DNA from: Craspedostauros australis | Lineage: Eukaryota | DNA length: 64,000 nt | Assembly (NCBI GenBank): GCA_030167865.1 | Contig: JALAGF010002695.1 | Location: forward strand, 1 to 64,000 | Reading direction: 5' to 3' | In this document: one piece after another, positions 10,794-21,268 of the stretch | Position numbering within the stretch: the stretch's first letter is position 1 | Layout: the number at the start of each line of letters is the position of its first letter | Translations under genes and position numbers: made by a program | The notes under the pieces: generated by a model | Told to the model about the DNA's origin: nothing | Databases searched by the model: none | What the model saw: only the letters and a program-made list of their open reading frames with translations

Positions 10794-12274
10794 CGTTGCG
10801 GTTTGTTGCGGTATGGTATGGTATGGTATGTGGTGTTGCGTGGTATGTTGCCTGTGTGTTATGTGTGGGTACGAACGTGGAAGTGCACTTGGGCGATTTT
10901 ATGAGAGTGGGAGAGTGATGGTTGTTGAGTCTTCGATCGAACAGCTCTTGGATGAATGTGAAGGAATGTGTACATGGGTAGGATGAGTACGAGGAAGGCC
11001 CATCGGAACCTGATGAGGTGTGTGATTGGCATCACAAAAGACAGGAAGAGGAGAGCAGGACGTCTGTCTTTTCGCTTTGTTACGTACGCATACTCGATGC
11101 GTGAAGGCAATCACGAAACCCTTCCCTTCCTCCTTCAGCAACATCCGATCGTCATTTCCCCTTTCTTCTCGCACCAAGGCGATGCGCCAAAAGTCAGCAG
11201 AACAACCAAAACGACAAAGAGGAAGGCAACGGCGATGGCGACTTCACGGTTTGTTTCACACGTGCGCTCACTCTTGCGCATCTCCTCTTGAAGAGGTTCG
11301 TCGGCACAAAGCCAATTCGTTCTGCTCCCACTTCGTTCTGTTCAAAAACTCAAATGAGAATTGTGAGCAGAATTTTGACCCAAGTTCGGAGACAATTGGA
11401 AGCTCTTATCTGGCCAATCATACCGATTCGAGTTGATCGACTTCATCCGAATCGGAATTCAGATGGTCTCGGATGTTTGTCATGGGACACAAGAGCAGAT
11501 TTCCCGATTAACGTCTCTGTGGCGCAACTTCAGGCAGAATACCATCCGGATGGGTGTCAGGCTTGAGTCGTTCTGATTGGCTTTCTCAATCGGTGGTTGC
11601 GGAGGGATAAAACCACGTGTGACAACACGAAGGTCAATCGGCACACAAAATGGATGACGATCGATGAAGCCCAATCACCAAAACGGAACCACGACCGCAA
11701 CCTGCGTGGTGCGCATTTGCTCACTCGCGCTTGTGGCACTTCGAGTGATGTTCTTGGGTCTTGCGCTGACCGACAGCTGTTCTTTGCGCTTCCATTTGTC
11801 TCCTGTGCGTGATCATCAAGTGATCTGGCATGATGTGTTCGTGGAGTATTATTGGTAGGAATAATACTATTCTAGTACACGACTAATAGAATAGGCTACT
11901 CGCACTCGACCCCATCACGTATTATCACAATAGGTCGGAGTTGTACAATGGCAAGGATAGACAATCGAACTCTGGAGGGTACCTCCACAGCTCTGTTGAC
12001 GGAAATGGCGTCCGTAGTCGTGCGATTAGTTCAGAGACCGACGAGCATGATGGCAACGATGAATATCTGTAGTTGCAGGATCTGGAATGCGTGGATAGAG
12101 CATGCACCATACAGACGCACACGAGCTGCTGTATTCTAATATTCTACCAAATAAAATGCTCTACTGCATATTGTATCATACTGTACTCATCTTTGCGAGC
12201 AGCATGCATTGATTGATCCAAGGATTGAATGACTGTACGGAACAGCAGCTACGCACGATCGCAGGCACAACTGC

Positions 12275-15200
12275 TCAGGGAACGCACAGACTGTCGGCCG
12301 GATTGAGGACGCAAAAGTCCGTGTTTGCGCAATCCGACAGCGCCTCTTTGGTGTACACAGATCCCAGTGGCAAATTGTTGACATCCACCACGTTGCCCCA
12401 CAGCAATCCACACTGGATGGCTTCGTAACAGACGCAGTTGGGATCGGACGGTGATGATGGCACCACGAAGTACTCTGCGCCAGGGTACAGCTCGCATTCG
12501 CGCAAGCACTCGCGTTCGCCTTGCACGCCGATCAACGATTTGGCGATCTGGATGTTGTCGCCGTGCAGCTGCTTGGAACGGTAATCCTGCTCGTTGCCGG
12601 TGAAGCAACGGTAATCGGTGGGCGTCGTGGTGCAAAAGTCGTTGCCGCATTCGGGCTTCGATTCCTTGGTGTAGAGCGTGCCTATGCCCAGCCCAAATTC
12701 GGCATCGACGTTGGGCCCCCACGGTGCCAAGCAGTCCACGTTGTCGTAGCACAAGCAGTTGTCGTCGACATCACCAGCGATTGTGATAGGCGTGTACTGC
12801 ACCGCCGAATACGGGCCGCACACGTTCAGGCAATCCATTTCACTACCCGTGCTCGCCGAATCCACGAGCTGGAGGTTAGCACCCGTCAGGGCCCGCTTGC
12901 GGTAGTCGAACTGATTAGCTGTGAAGCAGTACTCGCTATCAGTGAAGACCTGGCAATGGGTCAGGTCGCATTGCGGCAGGGCCCCTTTGCTGAAGATCTT
13001 GCCGATGGGGATGTAGTTGGCCACTTCGACATCGTCGCCCCATGGCAGGATGCAGTCTGCCTGGTCGTAACACGTGCAGGTCAGACCAACAGCTGCCTTA
13101 TTCCAATTGACGATGTACTTGGCAGCGAAATGCTCCTTGCAGAATTCCAGGCACCGGTCTTGATTGTTGGCGTCCGTGCTCGCGGCTGCGACGAGGGTGC
13201 CAGTCTCCAGATGGAGATCACCTGCGCTGGTGTCCAGCGCATTGCCGGAAAAGCAAATCGCGTCGGAGGGGAATTCATCGCAGTACGAAGAACTGCAGGA
13301 ACCCAGGAAGTCTTTGGGTTTGGTGAAGAATTGGGCGAATTCCAGATTGGCGGTGTTGACCTCTTCGCCCCACGGCAGGAAGCAATCGACGTCGACGTAG
13401 CAGTAGCAGTTGTTGAGGTCGATCGAGGTGACCCTGAATTCTATCACATCGATGGTCACCCCCGCGCAAAATTCGACGCATTCGGCCTCAAATGCCGCTC
13501 TGGTGAAGCTCACCAGAGTCATGGAGTCACCGAAGATGGTGAACTCAGTGTGCACGGCCGAATGCTGGGTGTAGCACAGCGGGTCACCGGGGAACGAGTC
13601 ACAGAACGTGCGATCGCTGCATTCTTTCTGTGGGAATCTGGAGAGCTGGTTGGAACGCGGGATACTGAAGGATTGGATGAAATCGTCGTACCTCGCAAGG
13701 CAGGAGACTTGGATGTAACAGAAGCAGTTGTTTTCTCCATTGAAAATGAACGGGAAGAACCCCATCCCGACGTAAGGAAGGTCGCCGCAAGTGTCCTCGC
13801 ATTCGAGCTGCGTGCTGGTCCTGTTCTCATAGCCAATGACCCCGTCGAACGCAAATTCCAAAGCCGAGTAGGAAGGCCATTCGTCGATCGGCGGTGATGG
13901 TGGGAACCTGGTCGGTGCTGATGTGGGAAACGCCGTTGGAATGTTGGTCGGCTGCACCGTTGGTATCTGCGTTTCAGCAACGACCGGTGACGGCGTTGGG
14001 GCGATCGTGCCGCTGCTGGCTTGTTCGCTGCTGCTGCTGCTGCTACTGCCACCACCGCTCAATGCCACAACCACGCCGATCACAATCCCAATGACCACCA
14101 CGACGATCACGCAAAGCATCAGCATCAGCCGTCGTTTCTTCGATTCATCTGCTGTACCTGCGATTTCTCCCTCTGCCGTGCCTTCACCGCCTGCTTGATC
14201 TGCCGGCGATGCTGCGCCTGCAGCAACAGCGGTGGCGAGAACCGTCGTCTGATTCCGAAACAGCTTGAGTTCCTCCTCCATGGCCACGATTTCGCGCGAT
14301 CGCGGCGCCTTGTCATCCTCGACGACTATGGTGGCCTCAATCACCGGATCCGAGCTGGCGAAGCTTGTCGCTGAACGATTTTGGCTCATCAAGTCTGTGT
14401 CGTGTACAGTACTGTGATCATTGTTCTCCGTGTTGACGTCGGCGTCGATCTCGGTATCGATAACGTTGAGTTCGGCTATCTCTTCGTTGTCATTGCTGAA
14501 ATCATCCAGGTCATCGTCGTCGTCGTCGTCGTCGTCGTCGTTCCTCTGAAATCCATCATGATTTATCCCAGGCACGGCCACGGCACCGGGCCTGAGCAGT
14601 TCTTCTTCATCCTCCTGGATGTTCTCGTTGTCGATATCACCATCATCGCTGGCGCTATCGGTCGAATATCCGCGTCCTGGAGCACGAGCGGCTTCTTTCA
14701 CCATATCGTCATCGCTCTTGCTCGAGGTTGCACTTCTGCTTCTGGAGGGTGCGGACTTGCCCTTGGTCGTAACCTTGCTCTTTACGTTGCTCTTTTCGTT
14801 GCTTCTTCGTTTCTGGCCCTTGGGCCTGCGTGAAGTCGTCCTGCCCTTGGCTGTTGCTGACGTTCCGGGCATTCGAGCCACGTTGTCCACGGGCAAGGGA
14901 GCAGGATCCTGCTGCGCTCCGCCATCTTGATCGGGACCAGGCATCACGGCAGGCATCCCCTTCGCTCTGGCCTTGATTGTGGCATCGCGATCGGCGACAG
15001 CACCGTTGCTTCTCGCAGGCTTCGTCGCAGCCTCGCTCGTCGATCTCCGAGATGGTTTGGTGCGCTGTGGGAGGCCCCTCAATGCGGGCGTGCCGTCTTC
15101 ATCCTCCTGTCCTTTGGTTCGTCTTCGTTTCGGAATTGAGGCCGCCGCAGCACCGCCCGTCTTGCCCTTTGGCTTTGTCGTCGCCTTCTTCTTCTTTGTC

Positions 15201-15349
15201 TTTCGTTTTGGTGCCGCTGTTGCTGCAGGCTTGGTATCTGGAGCTGCTTCTAGCACCGCCTGTGAAGAGTTGTCCAACGATGATGCGCCAACGCCAACGC
15301 CAGTAACATCACCAATGGCCTCCACAGCTTCACCATCGCCTCGATCCAT
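12275..15349 (-). CDS. Single-pass membrane protein: disordered N-terminus, TM helix, Pro/Thr stalk and five ~107-aa 8-Cys repeats
   Basis: The open frame extends to 15907; the likely start is MDRGDG at 15349. It has a PGAVAVPG motif, KKRR followed by a hydrophobic helix, a PTxxPT stalk and a CxxxC...CxCYxxxxC..PWG...C..C..C repeat. Confidence 0.85.
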   Translation of the reverse strand: MDRGDGEAVEAIGDVTGVGVGASSLDNSSQAVLEAAPDTKPAATAAPKRKTKKKKATTKPKGKTGGAAAASIPKRRRTKGQEDEDGTPALRGLPQRTKPSRRSTSEAATKPARSNGAVADRDATIKARAKGMPAVMPGPDQDGGAQQDPAPLPVDNVARMPGTSATAKGRTTSRRPKGQKRRSNEKSNVKSKVTTKGKSAPSRSRSATSSKSDDDMVKEAARAPGRGYSTDSASDDGDIDNENIQEDEEELLRPGAVAVPGINHDGFQRNDDDDDDDDDDLDDFSNDNEEIAELNVIDTEIDADVNTENNDHSTVHDTDLMSQNRSATSFASSDPVIEATIVVEDDKAPRSREIVAMEEELKLFRNQTTVLATAVAAGAASPADQAGGEGTAEGEIAGTADESKKRRLMLMLCVIVVVVIGIVIGVVVALSGGGSSSSSSSEQASSGTIAPTPSPVVAETQIPTVQPTNIPTAFPTSAPTRFPPSPPIDEWPSYSALEFAFDGVIGYENRTSTQLECEDTCGDLPYVGMGFFPFIFNGENNCFCYIQVSCLARYDDFIQSFSIPRSNQLSRFPQKECSDRTFCDSFPGDPLCYTQHSAVHTEFTIFGDSMTLVSFTRAAFEAECVEFCAGVTIDVIEFRVTSIDLNNCYCYVDVDCFLPWGEEVNTANLEFAQFFTKPKDFLGSCSSSYCDEFPSDAICFSGNALDTSAGDLHLETGTLVAAASTDANNQDRCLEFCKEHFAAKYIVNWNKAAVGLTCTCYDQADCILPWGDDVEVANYIPIGKIFSKGALPQCDLTHCQVFTDSEYCFTANQFDYRKRALTGANLQLVDSASTGSEMDCLNVCGPYSAVQYTPITIAGDVDDNCLCYDNVDCLAPWGPNVDAEFGLGIGTLYTKESKPECGNDFCTTTPTDYRCFTGNEQDYRSKQLHGDNIQIAKSLIGVQGERECLRECELYPGAEYFVVPSSPSDPNCVCYEAIQCGLLWGNVVDVNNLPLGSVYTKEALSDCANTDFCVLNPADSLCVP

Positions 15350-16289
15350 GGTTTCCTCTCCTCTGCTCTGATCTCTTCCAGCCGCAACAATCACGCCTCT
15401 CCACACGTATCGTCCAACTTTCCTCCTTGCCTCTGTTGTGTTGTGGATGCACCTGTGCTTGAAGAGTGCGTGCGGGGTGCGTCTTTGTTTTGTGGTTGAC
15501 TCTGGTTTGGTGTTGGAACTGGGGGAATCTGCGGGCTGGGATGTTCGGATTGCGTGCAGGCGCTGGCAATCCACCGCCAAGGATCTGAGATGCGAGTGGT
15601 CGTGCATAACTGTTCCTTTCTTTTGTGCATGTCTGCGTGTGAGGTGTTTCCGCGTTGGTCTTGTGTCACATGATGACTGCGAATTCATTCGACGACACGC
15701 GAAAAGACACACCACGAATCGAAACGGACGCAATCGTCGGACAGTTAGTCGGAATAGATAGATGTCCAATGCAGACGAAGGCACGATTGGAACAGACATC
15801 GAACACTGCTTGCGAAACCATGTGCGTAGTATATAAATCAAATCAACTGTTTCCCAGACGTGTCGGTGTTCAGTCCTGCCACGTTGTTTCGGAAGCAAGC
15901 AACGCAACCGCCAACATTAGGGAGTTCTCGCATGTAACCTGAAGCCGCCCCTGGAACCTGTCGTGGTGACAACGAGCGAGGAGCCTTCCCCAAACGTTCG
16001 CATCCACGTTGGATCTTGGAGAGACTGAAGTAAATCATAGTCATCGCACGATGACGTCATCAAGACTATCTAGCCTTATCCACGCTTTCGGATGGACTTC
16101 CTCGGTCCAACAATTCCACAACAGGAAGTTCGTTCCTCTCCACTTTTGTTTCCATTCACAGCAAACAAAAATAAATGCTCAACGCTTCCACATGGATGGT
16201 CGTGCTTGTTGGTATCATTGCCTCCTATTCTGTTTCAGTGTTTCTGTCATGCGGGTCATATGTAGCACTTGCCTTGCATGTGTTCCCAC

Positions 16290-16900
16290 TATAGACTTCT
16301 CCAAAGCACAGCCCCAACCCTCCTCCATCCCCAGACTGCTGCGGCCCATCCACTGGCTGGCAGAGGTGACCCGCGAACTATGGCACATGGCGCTGCAACA
16401 GCGGTCTAGTTGGAGCCACGTGCTTCATGAGGAAGGAGAGCTTGATGTGGTGTCCCAGTGCATGCAATTCTACTGCCAAGCCCTCCAAGAGCTGCCACCA
16501 GGGTTCGTCCCCACCCACATTTGCCAGCTTGCCCAGCAGGTCCCAACATCGGAGCCACAACAGGCAGAATGGCTGCTCACTCTGCGAAACACCATGCCCC
16601 ACATAGCAGCCACCATTCCCTGGTGCAAATAGCATGGATGCATCGCCACGTCTCAGCCTGCAAGCTGGAACCCCACAGGTAACCGCATGGGCGCCGCCCT
16701 GTCTCCTTCTGTTGGCGTCCAGTGACGCTTAGCGTACCGCGCATGCTCTCACGACACCTCCACCATCCAATGCACACACATGAATACACCACAAGGACAG
16801 CGACCCACCCAACATCATCCGTTCCCGCTGTATGACTCATGCAGAATAAATGAGGCAGCGCAAAAGCGCCTATGGCGCATACTGAATAAATATGTTCTAT
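16290..16900 (+). mobile_element. Possible degenerate 3' fragment of a non-LTR retrotransposon
   Basis: Translation WLAEVTRELWHMALQQRSSWSHVLH resembles the W...LW......W..RN..LH C-terminal motif of LINE-type ORF2 proteins. The region is TG/CA-rich and has AATAAA near 16845 and 16885. No RT domain is visible. Confidence 0.4.
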
Positions 16901-18569
16901 CATTTCGCCTGCGAGAGCAGAGACACACTTCCCCCCTGCCTTGCCAAGAAATGTCTGAGACCAAAGTAACCGGTGGTTTATTGTAACGATATTTCAAGTA
17001 CGAACACGCCTCGAGTATTCCCACGTGTGCGTACGAGTGTGGTGACGACGATTGGCTGTGTTTCTTCGTCGTCATTCGTGGAGTGGACATGATGAAGAAT
17101 CACCCCAATCAAAGCAAGAAGAATACACGGTCTTAGTGTCTACTACACGAGTACGAGTCAAGGATCCTGCGTTGATGGAACAGTCGTACTCCTTTCATGA
17201 GGAAACACCTGGCATCGCCTTCCACTCTTTGCCTCTCGTATCGTTCTTGCTCCTGTTCTTGCTCTTGCTCTTGAGATACGACTACAAAAAAGGCATTGCG
17301 AAAGAGAGTGAAAGTTGTCATGGTCCACCATTCGTGGTTGTATACCTTGGCTGCGAGTATGAGTGTGATACACCACGATTTGCAGAAGTGTTTCGTGGGA
17401 GAGATCCTTTTCGTTCTATTATACTTCGGACTCTGTGGTGGTATCGAGCCGCATAAGTCTCCGCTCCTCCTTGTGTGTTATGTGCAGTATCGGCGGCCGA
17501 ACTGTGTTTGGAGTGGAATGCCAAAAACGTCTTCTGTTGGGTCGCCCCGAAGATCGCATGCATTTTCCCGTGTTTCTCATTTGGAAGAAACAGTCAGAAT
17601 TATCAAGAGCGCGCTTTCCCCTTCTTGGATGTTGTGCGCCAAACAATTGAACACACATCCACCTTGCAGAACCCTCAAGGGACCACTGAAGATTGCTACC
17701 TCTCAACAACCAACATGGATGGGAGGCATGTCACCTATCAAGGACGTGTTGTGCAGAGCCATCGTCCTCTTCCTATGCACCATACCATACTTCTCCGCAT
17801 GAAAGTACCCATACTCACTTCGAACGATCTTGGATCCCTTTTCACATCTCATAACATCTCATAAAAACAACTATCTCACAACACCAACAGCGACAACAAC
17901 GATAACTTATAGAAGTCGTACAACACCTAACCGCAAGCAAAACACAACCACAGCCATCCCGAAACATACCACCAACTGATCGAAAACCGAAACAGAACGA
18001 AGTAAACGGTACGTTCATTTGTGTTCATCATGGCAGTGGTCATGACAACACCATGGCACAAGGCAGCAGGTGCCCACACGCCGTTGTGACTGGCGTGAAG
18101 AGTCGTTTCCGGCTCCAGCTTGCCAACCACCTACACACTCTCGGAATCGTCCTCTGCTCTACCTGCGAGCTGTTCTCATGGTGGTCCACCGGTGTCACAA
18201 TGTGGCAAAGGCATGCCATGCCATGCCACTTCACCACCACGTTCGACAACAGCAGACTTCGTTCTCATTCTCCCTCATCCTCACATACTCGCTCATCACT
18301 CACTTATCACTCACTTATCACACGCTCATCACATTGTCCACTTGTTCGTCCATCCAAAATCACGACGCTTCTCTCAACAAACAAATCGCTGGACGGATCG
18401 CATGTTGACTCCTGTCTGATCTGGCTACGGTCAATGATGTGGTTCGTGTCCACCTATTCTTCGCATGGTACACCACGTCTGCGATCCATCTGCATCTGCG
18501 TGCGCACTGTTTCGTTCCATGCAGATAACGACGCACACTGACAAACCAACCAACCAACCGATAGCAACC

Positions 18570-19769
18570 ATGTTCAAGATCAAGGCGTCTATTGTCGGCG
18601 TTCTTCTCTTTGCCAACATGGCAATGACGCTGGCTTTGAATTCAACTGAAGATTCGGTGTTCGCTCCGCCAACGTCGATGCCGTCGTCGATGCCATCAGA
18701 GGAGCCGACTGAGACTCCTGTTCCGCCTTCCATGGTCGTCGGCTGCCTCCGAACGCCAGGAGATGTCAACAGCAACTTCAACATGAGAAGCCCTGAGTCC
18801 AAAGTTGTTTGCGACGAGGTCGATGGTACATGTGCCAACTTTGTGGAGGCCATCGAGAGACTCCGAAACAATAAGGACAGGCTCGTCAAGAGCATCTTTG
18901 CGTGCGACGCGGATAACCTGGCAACCACGCAACGCATCTCCCAAAACCTCTTCGACCGTGTGAAGAATGATGACGACGCTACCGCCGCCATCTTGAAGGC
19001 TGTCCGACGCAACGGGATCATCATGACCGGAGGAGGCAGGGCACTCACCAGAGCATGCAGTGCCGGAGGAGACCCTTGCTGTCCATCCGGAGGTTGCTCA
19101 CTCGACGGTGGGACATTCACCATCACCCCAGATTCCTGCACATCAGATGGCTCTTGCACCAACGTCGCTCCCAACATCATGATCTTCGATAGCTGCACTG
19201 GGCAGAACTCCTGCAGCAACTTTGGACAGTTCGACCCAGCTGGCCCGCCCAGTAGAGCTGTCATTGGTAACAAGATTATTGGACCAAATGCATGCACCGC
19301 TCCTACCAGCTGCCAGAATCTCGGAAAGAACATCTACGGTTCTATCCATGTTCAGCGTGGAGCATGTAGTGGGGAGGAGAGCTGCATGGATCTTGGACGT
19401 CGTCGCAACCAGGGACAGAACGTACGCTCGCCCGACATGGCCGACATCATCATCGAAAAAAACGCATGCCAAGGACAAAATGCGTGCAGAAATGCCCACA
19501 GAGGTGATTTCAAGAAGTATGGAAGCCTGTTTATTGAGGACGGTGCGTGCGCGTCGGCAAACAGCTGCGATGGTGTCGCTCACAGTAACGCTGCCGGTGA
19601 TGACCTTGTCATTGCTTCAGATGCCTGCGCTCGGAGGGGCAGCTGCCAAGACTGTGTCAGGACGGATATGTGTCCCGGACGCGCCAGGTCTACTTATGCC
19701 ATCAATAATCCAAGGCAGGACTGCCCAACGCCAAACCCAGCTGCCTGCTCTCGAGGTGTTCACAGTTAA
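18570..19769 (+). CDS. Secreted Cys-rich protein with seven (A/S)C-x5-C repeats
   Basis: Signal peptide MFKIKASIVGVLLFANMAMTLA, a PSSMPS/PTETP linker and a helical segment, then repeats such as IGPNACTAPTSC, VQRGACSGEESC and IEKNACQGQNAC. No TM anchor. Confidence 0.85.
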   Translation: MFKIKASIVGVLLFANMAMTLALNSTEDSVFAPPTSMPSSMPSEEPTETPVPPSMVVGCLRTPGDVNSNFNMRSPESKVVCDEVDGTCANFVEAIERLRNNKDRLVKSIFACDADNLATTQRISQNLFDRVKNDDDATAAILKAVRRNGIIMTGGGRALTRACSAGGDPCCPSGGCSLDGGTFTITPDSCTSDGSCTNVAPNIMIFDSCTGQNSCSNFGQFDPAGPPSRAVIGNKIIGPNACTAPTSCQNLGKNIYGSIHVQRGACSGEESCMDLGRRRNQGQNVRSPDMADIIIEKNACQGQNACRNAHRGDFKKYGSLFIEDGACASANSCDGVAHSNAAGDDLVIASDACARRGSCQDCVRTDMCPGRARSTYAINNPRQDCPTPNPAACSRGVHS

Positions 19770-20130
19770 GGCGTGTGCAAGAAGAGACGTCCAGCAACGG
19801 CTCAAATGGAACACCATCTCGAATGCTCAGTCGCTGAGAGGATAGTGCTCTGATGGTTGATCACCCAGCTTGAGCTTGATGGTCTCCCCAATCATTCTCA
19901 TCGCACACTTGCTATTGATGAGTGGATTGATAACCGAAACGAGTGGTTGGTATGGATGGTACGGATGGTACATGGAGATGCTACTTGCGCGTCTATCCCC
20001 ATCACCACCACCTGCCTCGGAAGGTCTCTATTCTTCGACCAGAACGTAACAAGCACCACGCATTATACAACACATACATAAACAACATTACCACACTAAT
20101 CACTTGACCATACCAGAGTATACCACACTA

Positions 20131-21268
20131 GTTGTACATGTATCCTTTCGTTGTTGATCTTCAACTACTTGTGCGACAGAGTGTGTGCGATAGAGTGTGT
20201 TTGTGTCTGTCTATTGGCGTGCGAAGTAGAGGGCGAAGCATGAAGGCTCATGGATACGTACGGGCTACTCTTGAAGTGGATCCTTCCGTCCCAGCTTATT
20301 CCGAAAATGAGAGAATCATGCCAAGAGAGAAGGAAGCACCGAATGTGAGTGAGCGAGGGCCAGAGAATGAGAATCACCATGTGTAGTGTGCGGAGTTTGC
20401 CTGAAGTACCGATCCCCAGTTCGATTGGTTGACGTCTTGATGTGAGTGGACCACTCCATTTGTACTACCGCCATGTTTGTCAGGAATCGGGTGTTCTGCT
20501 ACACCAAATTGCCGCACCTCCCAATAGTAAGGAGTCGAATGTCATGATATAATGCATTTACGCAACTCCCACATGCAATCGGTGTGACACAGAAAAATGT
20601 GAGCTGCACGTGTTTTGCGGTGGAGAACGCCACGTGCCGAATGCAAACCGTACTTTGGCATTCATGACTCCAATGCAGGAATGCGAATCACACGTGGATG
20701 TGGCAGGGGGCAGGGGTGTTGGAATCATGACCAACATCACGATACACGCGACTACGGCCCCCATGTCGCAACCAATGAAAAAGAGTACTGGAGGAAGGCC
20801 GATGTCACAAAGTATGAGATGGCCTGTGAACGGATCAGTGATGATGAACCTGCAAAGAGCCGGTGACATGATTGATGAAGTGATCGGAGAAGCATCGGAG
20901 ATGTGTGATGATGAGGAACTGAATGAGCTCCCATCCAGGATGCTCCTGTGACGACGGGGGAACATGATCTGATCAAATGAACCAATCTGTGTGATGCCTA
21001 CAACTCGGCAGTGTCTAAGGCAATGAAACTATCAGCAGAGGACAATGTGCTTGTGTGCACGGACATGGGGTACTTGGTGGTGCATGTCCATGATGAATGT
21101 GCAATGATTGCAAGATGGATGCCTGCTAGACAAACAGAGGGACCCATGGAGATCTCAGGAGGAGATTGGACTTTGAAGTTGAGAGCAATGAAGAGCTCAC
21201 AGTTCAGAGAAGTAGATTCTACCAAATGAATAGCTTTCTACTATCATCACCACCCTGGATTTCCAACA
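20131..21268. mobile_element. Non-coding TE-like segment abutting the copia RT; possible LTR-derived sequence
   Basis: Bounded by GTTGTAC (20131) and TTTCCAACA (21268; reads TGTTGGAAA on the minus strand). TG/CA-rich with no credible ORF. No target-site duplication found. Confidence 0.3.

Noticed and set aside
10859..12200. Several 60-136 aa ORFs and a small hairpin near 11867-11894
   Set aside because: No coding signature or motif, and the hairpin is short and AT-rich; treated as intergenic.
12521..13897. 458-aa plus-strand ORF
   Set aside because: Antisense shadow of the Cys-repeat membrane protein.
15350..15907. N-terminal 186 aa of the 1210-aa ORF
   Set aside because: Begins at a non-ATG codon and reads like UTR or promoter sequence; ATG 15349 is a more plausible start.
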